From contig CAVYGQ010000001.1 of NCBI GenBank assembly GCA_963768175.1, positions 318,305 to 382,304 of the forward strand: 64,000 nt of DNA. Direction: 5' to 3'. The DNA is from Candidatus Doudnabacteria bacterium (GTDB lineage Bacteria > Patescibacteriota > Doudnabacteria > UBA920). Shown one piece after another: positions 26,849 through 35,543 of the stretch. Position 1 is the stretch's first letter. Every line of letters begins with the position of its first letter. The notes below the pieces were generated by a model. It did not search any database and was not told where the DNA came from. It worked only from the letters and a program-made list of their open reading frames with translations. Made by a program: the position numbers and the translations under genes.

Positions 26849-26950
26849 GTGCTTGTGGACCTAGTCCTGTTCGGCTAAGGCAATAGCCAGTAAGCCGAAA
26901 AGCAAGCACACAATAGAATAATTTTAAAACGACCAGGCTGGTCGTTTTTT
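26849..26950 (+). ncRNA. Candidate small RNA (promoter to terminator unit)
   Basis: About 100 nt between the consensus promoter and the intrinsic terminator aaacgaccaggctggtcgttttttt. Internal pairing gtgcttg/caagcac and a hairpin ggctaaggcaatagcc. The only possible ORF is 5 codons. Confidence 0.35.
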
Positions 26951-26958
26951 TATATTCT

Positions 26959-27423
26959 TCATTCGTCGCTCATCCGGACAGAACCGAATACCTTATGCCC
27001 GTTTATTTCCGTCCAATAGGGCATTACGCTCCAAAAGTTATACTGTCCATTTTCGACCTGCCTTACAATCGCTTTCACCCTGGTTTTTTTATTCAAGACA
27101 GCCCAAAATGCGTAGTAATGAACTTTAACTGCCGGTCGCAATCCTTGCGCATCTTTTAAGCCGGCGGCTTCTAAAGTGGCCCGGTATTCCTGAATAGTTG
27201 ACGATAATTTTATTGTCTCAACCGCGGCAGCGATATGCGATAGTTTATTTCTGCGTTCCAGCTTACTCCTTTCCTTAAGAGAGCGGTCATAGCGAAGATG
27301 GTGAAACCCTTCAGAAGTAAAATGTACCTCGGCATTTAAAGCTGGGCATTTTACTTTATCAATTTTTTTATAAAACTCTTTTGCTTCAAAGAGTAACTTT
27401 TTAAATGGGTCGTTGGCGTCCAT
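26959..27423 (-). CDS. Hypothetical protein
   Basis: 154-aa ORF. Confidence 0.45.
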   Translation of the reverse strand: MDANDPFKKLLFEAKEFYKKIDKVKCPALNAEVHFTSEGFHHLRYDRSLKERSKLERRNKLSHIAAAVETIKLSSTIQEYRATLEAAGLKDAQGLRPAVKVHYYAFWAVLNKKTRVKAIVRQVENGQYNFWSVMPYWTEINGHKVFGSVRMSDE

Positions 27424-27523
27424 ATCGCTTTTTTGGAAAACTACTCTTATTTTTGCACCTTATTACCTAAAAGTCAAAATATTACTTAAAGCAAAAGCCG
27501 CCAAATATTTTGGCGGCTTTTGC

Positions 27524-27611
27524 TGGTGGGCAGGGAGGGATTCGAACCCCCGTAGCCAGTGAAGGCGTCGCGTCTACAGCGCGATGTAATTGACCGCTCT
27601 ACCACCTGCCC
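27524..27611 (-). tRNA. tRNA-Tyr (anticodon GUA), long variable arm
   Basis: Reverse complement gives acceptor GGGCAGG/CCTGCCC, anticodon stem-loop TCGCG-CTGTAGA-CGCGA, long variable arm, T-arm GGTTCGAATCC, and CCA. Followed 3' by hairpin gcaaaagccgcc...ggcggcttttgc. Confidence 0.8.
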
Positions 27612-27699
27612 AAACATTACTTATTCTATCATTTATCGGACAATTTGGTCAATCCTGCCTGAGACTAAGCTTACTTTGATTATAAAAATATTTCAGTAA

Positions 27700-28143
27700 T
27701 TATCCAATTTGCTCGGTATGAATTTCCGGCAAACCCTCATCCCCATGGCCTATGATTTCCACAAAAACCGTCTTGACTTCCAAATCCGGATGCTTAGTTA
27801 ATATTGCGAGTCGGGCAGAATATAAAGAATCGACGATAACTTTTTTCTCGGCAGTCGGGTCTTTAGGCGCGCCTTTTAAGGCAAAGCCGCCGCAGTTGCT
27901 GTGGCCGACGATAATAACTTGGCTAATACCATGCACCTTTAACGAAACATTTTGCAAAAGCCACCAAAAACTATCGGGGTCATACGGCTGATGAGGCTCG
28001 GTCATCCACAAAGACGGCCCGGCGTAAGTTAAAACTTCGTATTCGCCCGATGTTAAGCTAACTTTTTGGGCAATTTTTATTTCATTTTCCCCCTGAAGCC
28101 GGGGATCCATACAGTTAATTAGGAGCGCGCGATAGGTATGCAT
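27700..28143 (-). CDS. Beta-class carbonic anhydrase-like protein
   Basis: CMDPR and GHSNCGG correspond to the beta-CA zinc-ligand motifs (C-x-D-x-R, H-x-x-C-G). 147 aa is short for the family. Confidence 0.45.
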   Translation of the reverse strand: MHTYRALLINCMDPRLQGENEIKIAQKVSLTSGEYEVLTYAGPSLWMTEPHQPYDPDSFWWLLQNVSLKVHGISQVIIVGHSNCGGFALKGAPKDPTAEKKVIVDSLYSARLAILTKHPDLEVKTVFVEIIGHGDEGLPEIHTEQIG

Positions 28144-28197
28144 CTTTTTTGAAATCTAATCACTTAGCACTAAGCACTAAGCACTAACAACTTCCCC

Positions 28198-29478
28198 TTA
28201 CGTTCCTTCCTGCCAACTCGCCAAATACTTTTTTTGCGCAGGGGTTAAAACGTCAATTTTAACCCCAATTGATTTCAGCTTTAATTTGGAAACACGCTCA
28301 TCAATTTCGGCAGGTACATCATAAACTTGATTTTGAAGCTCCTGATAATGTTTAACCAGCCAGTCACAAGTTAGCGCTTGGTCGGCAAACGACATATCCA
28401 TAACGGCGGAAGGATGCCCTTCGGCCGCGGCCAGGTTCATGAGGCGGCCTTCAGCGATGAGGAAAAGTTTGCGCCCGTCTTTCATAGTATACTCCATCAA
28501 GCTATCCCTGACCTGCTTCATGCTTTTTGCTTCATGCTTCATGTCCTTCACATTTATTTCCACGTTAAAATGCCCGCTGTTGCCCAAAATCGCCCCATCT
28601 TTCATCAATTTAAAATGTTGCTTGGTAAGAACGTCTTTATCTCCGGTAGCGGTCAAAAATATATCGCCAATTTTTGCCGCCTTGGGCATTGGCATAACAT
28701 CAAAACCGTCCATGGCGGCCTGAAGCGCCGGCAGGGGATCTACCTCTGTGACAATCACGCGCGCGCCCAAACCCTTAGCCCTAAGTGCCATGCCCTTGCC
28801 GCAGTAACCGTAGCCGGCCACAACCAAAATTTTTCCGGCCAAAAGGATGTTGGTGGCGCGGAGCAAACCGTCCATAGTGCTCTGGCCGGTGCCATAATAA
28901 TTATCAAACATGTGCTTGGTCGGGGTGTCGTTTATGGCCACAACCGGATATTTTAACGCGCCGTCTTTGGCCATGGCCTTTAGCCGGATTATGCCGGTAG
29001 TGGTTTCTTCCTGGCCGGCCCAGACGGTTTTTAAAAGCTCGCTTCGTCCGGAATGGATAAGCGATATCAAGTCCGCGCCGTCGTCTATGGTAATCTGCGG
29101 TTTAAAATCCAAAACTTTATTTAGCGCCCAATAATAATCTTTCTTGGAAATATGCTTCCAGGCAAAAACGTTAATGTTCAGCTCCGCCAAAGCCGCGGCT
29201 ACGTCATCCTGCGTAGACAGGGGATTAGAGGCGCACAAGGCCATTTTTGCCCCGCCCGCCGCCAAAGCCTTCATTAGCACCGCGGTCTCTTTGGTCACGT
29301 GGAGACACGCCGCTATGGTTATGCCTTCAAAAGGCCGCCGCTTTTTTCCGCCAGAGGCGGATCCGCCTTTGGCGGAGAAATCTTCCGCGATAATCCGCAA
29401 AACCGGCATTTCCCGCTCGGCCAAAGCAATATTAATATGCCCTTGCTTGGCCAGTTTAATGTCTTTTACTTTGTGCAT
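28198..29478 (-). CDS. ahcY: Adenosylhomocysteinase
   Basis: NAD-binding GYGxxGKG (VVAGYGYCGKGMA), conserved LHVTKETAVL and HFNVEI blocks, and length 426 aa. Contains an in-frame GGSASGG palindromic insertion. Confidence 0.85.
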   Translation of the reverse strand: MHKVKDIKLAKQGHINIALAEREMPVLRIIAEDFSAKGGSASGGKKRRPFEGITIAACLHVTKETAVLMKALAAGGAKMALCASNPLSTQDDVAAALAELNINVFAWKHISKKDYYWALNKVLDFKPQITIDDGADLISLIHSGRSELLKTVWAGQEETTTGIIRLKAMAKDGALKYPVVAINDTPTKHMFDNYYGTGQSTMDGLLRATNILLAGKILVVAGYGYCGKGMALRAKGLGARVIVTEVDPLPALQAAMDGFDVMPMPKAAKIGDIFLTATGDKDVLTKQHFKLMKDGAILGNSGHFNVEINVKDMKHEAKSMKQVRDSLMEYTMKDGRKLFLIAEGRLMNLAAAEGHPSAVMDMSFADQALTCDWLVKHYQELQNQVYDVPAEIDERVSKLKLKSIGVKIDVLTPAQKKYLASWQEGT

Positions 29479-29645
29479 CTTGTGGTTGATTATTTTTAAG
29501 CTTTAAAAAGTATAGCAAATAATGGCCACCATTGCGAATGCAGATTGGGCTCGCAGCCCAAGGATGCCCCTCGGACAAAGGAATCTCCGGCCGAGGGGCA
29601 TCCTTGGTTGAACAACGCTGGTAAAAAATCCCGGATGACGAAACG

Positions 29646-30125
29646 CTACCGTCCCAACTTCCTGGTCAAATAATTATATTCGTGCCAAATTACAATTACG
29701 AACAGGGCGTCAAAAATGGTAAGCAGGGACAGTAAAAGGGAATGGTTTACGGCAATCCTAAAAATTTGATAGAGCATAAACGAACACAACACGCCGATGG
29801 CAACCAAATAAGCCCAAGTTTTTTCTTTGACCAGTCCCAAAACCAAAAGCAGGTTAATAATTCCGTGGGCTAAAATGTAAAGGCCGGCAAAATTTTTGAT
29901 TCCCACCGTTAAGTGGTTAAGATACTGGTGCGCGTAAACAAGGAAAAAATCCCGCGGGTCTTCCAGTTGCTCACCGCGGGAAAGCCGGCTTAAAATTCCC
30001 GTTAAAACCGCCGGGCTTAAATACACGAGCAAAAAACCGCTGGCCGTTTCCACCAAGCCGGTTAAGGTTTTTATGCAAATACTGATGATAAAAAATTCGT
30101 GCCAGTATTTTTCTTTGAGCTTCAT
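29646..30125 (-). CDS. Hypothetical membrane protein
   Basis: Four TM helices. Confidence 0.45.
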   Translation of the reverse strand: MKLKEKYWHEFFIISICIKTLTGLVETASGFLLVYLSPAVLTGILSRLSRGEQLEDPRDFFLVYAHQYLNHLTVGIKNFAGLYILAHGIINLLLVLGLVKEKTWAYLVAIGVLCSFMLYQIFRIAVNHSLLLSLLTIFDALFVIVIWHEYNYLTRKLGR

Positions 30126-30142
30126 ATATTCTTAAACGCACT

Positions 30143-30178
30143 TGAGGACAGTCCTCTGGACGTCCAGAGGACTGTCCT
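30143..30178. repeat. 36-bp perfect GC-rich palindrome (intergenic)
   Basis: gaggacagtcctctggac|gtccagaggactgtcctc: perfect 18+18 arms with nested sub-palindromes. Confidence 0.7.
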
Positions 30179-30327
30179 CGCTTGATGTTCACTAACACCA
30201 ATTATATCAAAAAAACTTCTTATTTAAAAGCCTTTTAAAACCGATTTTAGCCCTAACATAAGCCGGAAAAAAACTGAAACAATCTTTTGAACAATTACGT
30301 ATTAATTTATACAAGGAGCTAGTTGAT

Positions 30328-31302
30328 ATGAAATTTAAACCAAATATTTTAAATTTCCCCTTAACTTTGGGTTTAATACTGGCGACAGCGTTAACACTCG
30401 GGCAAAATACGGCTTTAGCCCAAACCGCACAAGCCACCGCTCCCAATTCCGGAGCGGGAGCAAACTCTTCCTATAACTGGGCCGGTTATGTTGCCACGGG
30501 AGGCAGCTTTACTTCTGTTACCGGCAGCTGGGTAATTCCGCAAATTCCCGCAACTTCCGGCCTTACGGGCGACGCAACTTGGATTGGCATTGGCGGGGTA
30601 ACCAGCACCGAGTTAATCCAAACCGGCACCCAGGCCTTGACTAATACCAACGGCTCGGCTGTTAGTTACGAAGCCTGGTACGAAGCTTTGCCCGGATATT
30701 CCCAACCCATATCCATTACGGTTAATCCCGGAGACTTAATTACGGCAAGCGTAACCGAACAAGCCCAAAACCAGTGGGCCATTACGTTACGCGATAACAC
30801 CAACGGCCAAAACTTCCAAACCGTCATCCCTTACAATTCTTCCATGTCGAGTGCCGAATGGATAGAAGAAATGCCCAGCCAACAAAGCGGCGCTTTTATC
30901 CCATTGGATAATTTCGGCACAATGCAGTTTAGCGCCGGCACCACGGTAAAAAACGGCCAAACATTAACCATCGCCCAGGCGGGCGCTCAACCTATGACTA
31001 TGGTTAACTCCTCCCAGCAAGCCTTGGCTACGCCATCGGCGCTAGGCTCTGACGGCGCAAGCTTTAGCGTTTCGCGCGGCAGCACCGCCGCCACTTCGCC
31101 CAATACCGTTCCTTACGGCAGCCGCGGATGGACAAGGACAGGTGTAGGGATACGGGGTTTTGGAGGATTTTCAACAAGGCCGCAAAGCCTTAGACGGTCT
31201 TATTACAATCATTTTTTAAGACTTAGAACCAGGATGTTTACCCCGTTAAAGAATACCGCCAACAAAGTTGGTGGCATAGAAAAGATTTTTTGGAACCGAT
31301 GA
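30328..31302 (+). CDS. Secreted protein with peptidase A4/G1 (eqolisin)-like N-terminal domain (tentative)
   Basis: Signal peptide, then NWAGYVATGGSFTSVTGSWVIPQ...DATWIGIGGV...LIQTGTQ resembles the conserved blocks of scytalidoglutamic peptidases. Confidence 0.35.
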   Translation: MKFKPNILNFPLTLGLILATALTLGQNTALAQTAQATAPNSGAGANSSYNWAGYVATGGSFTSVTGSWVIPQIPATSGLTGDATWIGIGGVTSTELIQTGTQALTNTNGSAVSYEAWYEALPGYSQPISITVNPGDLITASVTEQAQNQWAITLRDNTNGQNFQTVIPYNSSMSSAEWIEEMPSQQSGAFIPLDNFGTMQFSAGTTVKNGQTLTIAQAGAQPMTMVNSSQQALATPSALGSDGASFSVSRGSTAATSPNTVPYGSRGWTRTGVGIRGFGGFSTRPQSLRRSYYNHFLRLRTRMFTPLKNTANKVGGIEKIFWNR

Positions 31303-31599
31303 TGGTTTTAATGCCGCCATCGGTTCTCTAACGAGGTTTACCCGCGAATCTTTTAAAAAATAATTAATAACAGGACTTACGCATTGAGCCAAGTTCGAGG
31401 CATTTTCCGAGGATTTTATGAGACGTACTTTAGGTACGACGAATAAAACCGCAGGAAAATAACGAAGAAATTGGCCAAAGCCGCTTTGAGGGTCGGGCTC
31501 AAAAGCGATGACTTTTGGCTCCGCCAAAAGGCAAGCTCGTTCTGCCCGCCCAAAAAGCGGCGGTGCGGAAGTCCTGAATAAGATAATTAATCCCTTTGC

Positions 31600-31680
31600 G
31601 TTGGAGCAAGGGGGCTAGGAGGGGGTGCGAGAGCAAGCAGTCTTGTTCCCACTCCTCCTAACCTCCTCGCTCCAGCCAAA
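31600..31680 (+). ncRNA. Candidate SRP RNA (4.5S-like) or other structured RNA
   Basis: Long imperfect helix ggagcaagggggctaggaggg...cctcctaacctcctcgctcc closing an apical GNRA-like gaga tetraloop followed by agcaag. This partly resembles SRP RNA domain IV. A strong intrinsic terminator lies at 31742..31772. Confidence 0.25.
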
Positions 31681-31741
31681 ATTAGAGTGAGGATAAATCT
31701 GCAAGGGTGGCCAAAATCACCCAAATTTTTGTTTCTCACAA

Positions 31742-31772
31742 AAACCCCGCCTTCCGCAATGGCGGGGTTTTT
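31742..31772 (+). terminator. Strong intrinsic terminator
   Basis: aaaccccgccttccgcaatggcggggttttt. Confidence 0.7.
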
Positions 31773-31867
31773 GTACAGATTTTAAAACGCCTACCCTAAC
31801 GTACATTTGTTTGGTATAATAAAAGCGAAAGAATATATTTAAAACAAAGATTAATCAATTATTTATT

Positions 31868-33061
31868 ATGGGATATATACTAAAAGTTCCCATGAGCACA
31901 AAGGCTTTAGCCACTTTGGCCTGTTTTGGCATTTTAGCGGTTGCCGCTATATTTGCCCCTCGCGTTTCTGCTTTAACCATGTCCGATATTTTAAATCAGC
32001 CGAAGATTTTAGGGGATACTACATCAAACCCATATCCTTACCCCACCGCCAGTCTGGTCAACGACAACGGGACGATTTATTTTATCAGCGGTACCACAAA
32101 AATCCCTTTTACCAATTACAAAGCTTTTACCGGACTGGGTTATTCTTTGCGCAATGTGGTAAAAGGAGATTTAAGCAGCTACAACCCGTCGCAAAGTTAT
32201 GCAATTAATACCGCTAACGCCGCCCATCCCTGGGGGAGCTGGATAAGTTACAACAAAGTGGTTTATTATTCCGCCCAAACCGGAATGATTGGCGTACCCA
32301 GCGCCGAAGTATTTTTGTCCAACGGCGGCGAATGGAACCTGGTGGTTAAAGCCAATAAGTACGACCTTGCCCTTTTAAAAACCGGCGGGGCGCCGGCTGT
32401 GTTAACCGATAACGACCCGCGGGTTGCCGGCCAACCAACCCTACGATTTAACGGCTCCACCCCTTCCCAAAATAATCCTGCGAATTTGAGTTCCGGCTCC
32501 GGCGGTTCTTCCGCAAACAATACAGTCCCCACGAGTACGCTGTCGGTTATTATCCCTCAAAATATTTACGCCAGCTCTACGGCGACTTTTAACGTAACCT
32601 CCGCAGACCCTAACTTGCCTTTGATCTATACTTTTGCCTGGGACGACGGCTCGCCCAGCAATTCGGTTACGGCAAATTCCGTAGTCCATACCTACTATCT
32701 TCCCGGTTTGTATTATCTTTCGCTGACACAAACCGACTTCCAAAATAATACGGTCGCAACCACTATCCCGCTGACCGTTCTTTTACCTCCCAACCAAACT
32801 CCTTCGGTACCGCAGTTTAGCCTGCCTACCGGCATAATTATTGGGCAGCAAGTCACTGTTAACGCCAGCGCCTACGATCCGCAAAGCCTGCCTATAAATT
32901 ATACTTTTTCCTGGGGGGACGGCTCTCCCGACACAACAGCCCCGGCCAATTACGCCACTCACGTTTACAGCACTTCCGATAATTTCACGGTAACAGTTAC
33001 GGTTACCAACAGCCTGGGTTTTTCCAGCTCGGCCTCTAATTACATTTACATCGCGCCGTAA
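31868..33061 (+). CDS. Secreted PKD-domain repeat protein
   Basis: Signal peptide. Two C-terminal repeats carry the PKD signature (WDDGSPSNSV...HTY, WGDGSPDT...HVY). Confidence 0.6.
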   Translation: MGYILKVPMSTKALATLACFGILAVAAIFAPRVSALTMSDILNQPKILGDTTSNPYPYPTASLVNDNGTIYFISGTTKIPFTNYKAFTGLGYSLRNVVKGDLSSYNPSQSYAINTANAAHPWGSWISYNKVVYYSAQTGMIGVPSAEVFLSNGGEWNLVVKANKYDLALLKTGGAPAVLTDNDPRVAGQPTLRFNGSTPSQNNPANLSSGSGGSSANNTVPTSTLSVIIPQNIYASSTATFNVTSADPNLPLIYTFAWDDGSPSNSVTANSVVHTYYLPGLYYLSLTQTDFQNNTVATTIPLTVLLPPNQTPSVPQFSLPTGIIIGQQVTVNASAYDPQSLPINYTFSWGDGSPDTTAPANYATHVYSTSDNFTVTVTVTNSLGFSSSASNYIYIAP

Positions 33062-33093
33062 CAAACCAAGCTTTACGCGGCATTATCCATACA

Positions 33094-33121
33094 AAAAATC
33101 CCTCTAGCGAGGGATTTTTTA
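33094..33121. terminator. Bidirectional intrinsic terminator between convergent genes
   Basis: aaatccctctagcgagggattttt. Confidence 0.6.
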
Positions 33122-33145
33122 GCAGTTCCACTTAGCAAAAATTGT

Positions 33146-33772
33146 TTAATACTTTGGGGCGTTTGGATTTAAACAATCATTAACACTAAAAGTGCCGGGG
33201 GAAAAAGTATATAACGACCAACCTTGATAAACACCTTTTAAAATTATATGATACGCTGCGTTAGGAGGGATATCACTTCCTACCGTCCAGGGGTAATTGC
33301 CTTTGCCATCATTCTTTGGGGATTTATACGAGGCGGGGAATGTCCCAAGATTGTAAATTGGCGGTTGGTCATCGGCGGTTACAACATCTAAGCTTAAGGA
33401 AAGCATGTCTGAAGGAACCTGCCACTTAATGTCAACCGGCTGGCCAATGCACAATTTTGCGCCGTTTAGGGGTGTTAGTAAATGAATTTTGGCGTTTAAA
33501 TCCAAACCCTGCTGCCTAATTGCATCTGCTTCCGATTGAGCCGAAGAGCTTGGATTTGATACTGTTGAACTGCTATTGTTTGTTTGGTTTGGTTGGGCTT
33601 CCGGTACTGTTGGGCTCGCCGGTGCTGGAGCGCTGGCTTGAGGCTGAATTTGGGAAGCCGGAGCTGAGTTTGTATTTGGAGCAACCGGAGTTTGATAACC
33701 GGCCTGCTGGAGCGAACTGCATCCGGCGGCTAATAAGACGATGATTGGGAAAGCACAAAATATTTTTTTCAT
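33146..33772 (-). CDS. Lipoprotein with low-complexity linker
   Basis: Lipobox LLAAGCSS, then a Pro/Ser/Gln-rich linker and a C-terminal globular domain. Confidence 0.5.
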   Translation of the reverse strand: MKKIFCAFPIIVLLAAGCSSLQQAGYQTPVAPNTNSAPASQIQPQASAPAPASPTVPEAQPNQTNNSSSTVSNPSSSAQSEADAIRQQGLDLNAKIHLLTPLNGAKLCIGQPVDIKWQVPSDMLSLSLDVVTADDQPPIYNLGTFPASYKSPKNDGKGNYPWTVGSDIPPNAAYHIILKGVYQGWSLYTFSPGTFSVNDCLNPNAPKY

Positions 33773-33995
33773 AAATCATTGTTAATTAAGGCCATTATAC
33801 TTCTTTTTACCGCACCTTACAACCCGCTATAGTTTTAGCTCTATTTCCACGAATATTTACAAAAAATCGCCCACAAATGTGGACGATTTTTGCATACCCA
33901 TTTTTATGATTTAAAATTTTCATTCATTTGCTTAAAATAAGTATTTAATATAAAATTAACTTGTAGTTAATCCAAACAGGAGGATTTAGCTTTAC

Positions 33996-34409
33996 ATGAC
34001 CGACCCCACTCAGAGGCCGATTTTTGTTTTAACGCTAATGGACTTGCAAGATTATTACCAGTTCAAGCATTGCTTGAAGAGTAAACGCTTCCAGGTGCTG
34101 AACTTGACGGAACAAGTCGCTTTGGAGTATTTACGGACACACCACGTATCTGTGGTAATCTATGACAACGACCGCTACCACCATCACTGGCGTAGATTTT
34201 TCGCACAAACCCGGACGATCAATAACATGCCCCCAAAAATAATCGTGGCTTCCCGCCACGCCGATGAGCGGTTTTGGACAGAAGTCCTGAATGTGGGAGG
34301 CCCTGACATGGACGTTTTGGCCATACCTTTCCACAAAGACGAACTGTTCATTATTGCATCGATGGACCACCATTGGCGGCATCCGGGCGGACACCCAAAA
34401 CAGAAATAA
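33996..34409 (+). CDS. Receiver-like (CheY-like, possibly degenerate) domain protein
   Basis: VVIYDND...PKIIVASRHADE...GGPDMDVLAIPFHKDEL mirrors the receiver-domain beta3/beta4/beta5 blocks. The N-terminal acidic pocket is unclear. Confidence 0.3.
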   Translation: MTDPTQRPIFVLTLMDLQDYYQFKHCLKSKRFQVLNLTEQVALEYLRTHHVSVVIYDNDRYHHHWRRFFAQTRTINNMPPKIIVASRHADERFWTEVLNVGGPDMDVLAIPFHKDELFIIASMDHHWRHPGGHPKQK

Positions 34410-34610
34410 GGGTTGGCGCGATGCGGCTTGGGAAGAACGATTGAGAACATCAATCTGACCCGGCCGCTTTGTTTTTGGCCAAAATTAGTAACCTTTACCC
34501 GAAACATCGGGTGTTTTTGTCTGGCAGCCCCTGTGGGATGCCGTTCAAACGGAATTAGTTAAAATGGCAGGACGTTGTTAGGGATATTAGAACTTTGATT
34601 AGGCAACGCA

Positions 34611-34643
34611 AAATCCGAGAACTTTACCGCTCTCGGATTTTTT
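34611..34643. terminator. Intrinsic terminator
   Basis: aaatccgagaactttaccgctctcggatttttt. Confidence 0.55.
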
Positions 34644-34660
34644 AAACACCCTTTTATCTT

Positions 34661-34915
34661 TTACTCCACACCCGTATTACTATCTGTTTCCATGGCGCTG
34701 CTAATTTCCTCGGCAAGCTGCACTGGGTCTGTGGTTTCATCGTAACTGATATTATTATCGTCCGCCAGTTCGTGTAAACGCTCGATGGATTCCGAGGTAC
34801 CGGCTTGGGCCAGTTTTATCAATTGCTCGTAGCCTACCTGCCCATGATCGCCGAGCCAATTATACGCATGGCCTATTGGTTCTTGGTCGGAAGGGTTTTG
34901 GTTCAAGCCAGACAT
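34661..34915 (-). CDS. Small acidic hypothetical protein
   Basis: 84-aa ORF flanked by 23-bp direct repeats. Confidence 0.35.
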   Translation of the reverse strand: MSGLNQNPSDQEPIGHAYNWLGDHGQVGYEQLIKLAQAGTSESIERLHELADDNNISYDETTDPVQLAEEISSAMETDSNTGVE

Positions 34916-35014
34916 AAAATTGTTTTTAATTTAAGCTGATTAGCTCAAACGTGGCTTATGTATTCTTTGGCAGCGGTTATGGGATAGCGTTCAAGCGGAA
35001 ATTTTCAAAATATA

Positions 35015-35533
35015 TTAACTTTTATCTCCAATTTTAGCAGTATTTTGGCTTTCTAGGCCGCCTAAAATTTGTTGTTTAAGCTCTTGCATGTCATAGTTTT
35101 CCTTTGGTTTTATATGCAAAATGTTTAAATCGGAGGCTTTTACGGCTTCATTTACGAAACTATCTCTTTGCCTTCGTTCAGGCTGATTATGGCTAGGGTC
35201 ATCTAGTTCAATAGCCAGTAGAGCATTTAAATTTTGTTTATCAAAGATTACAAAATCAAAAGATTTCCTGATGATTTTATTAAACCAAGCCATAAAGTTT
35301 GGCTGTCCCTTTATGACTTCTAGAACGCTGGCTATATGGACTTGGGGAAAGACAAAATATTGGTCATTAACGATTTGCAGCAATACCTCAAAAAAGGCTC
35401 TCTCATTAGGAGTAAGGAAATACTTTTTCTTTTGATAAGGATAAATTTCTTTCTTCTTAGATAAGTTACTCAAAATAACGACCACGATTGCGATTACTAC
35501 TAGGATGACCGCAAAGATATACAGTTTAGACAT
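35015..35533 (-). CDS. DUF2726-like (PD-(D/E)xK nuclease-fold) membrane-anchored protein
   Basis: N-terminal TM, then LTPNERAFFEVLLQIV...YFVFPQV...IIRKSFDFVIFDKQNLNALLAIELDD, typical of DUF2726. Confidence 0.5.
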   Translation of the reverse strand: MSKLYIFAVILVVIAIVVVILSNLSKKKEIYPYQKKKYFLTPNERAFFEVLLQIVNDQYFVFPQVHIASVLEVIKGQPNFMAWFNKIIRKSFDFVIFDKQNLNALLAIELDDPSHNQPERRQRDSFVNEAVKASDLNILHIKPKENYDMQELKQQILGGLESQNTAKIGDKS

Positions 35534-35543
35534 TATATTTTAT

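Noticed and set aside
28150-28195. cactaagc x3 and other short tandem arrays considered as CRISPR
   Set aside because: The units are 8-11 bp with no spacers, and no cas genes are present. They are not CRISPR.
31246-31527. Minus-strand 93-aa ORF overlapping the 3' end of the secreted peptidase-like gene
   Set aside because: It overlaps a better-supported gene and has no motif and no plausible start context. It was treated as non-coding.
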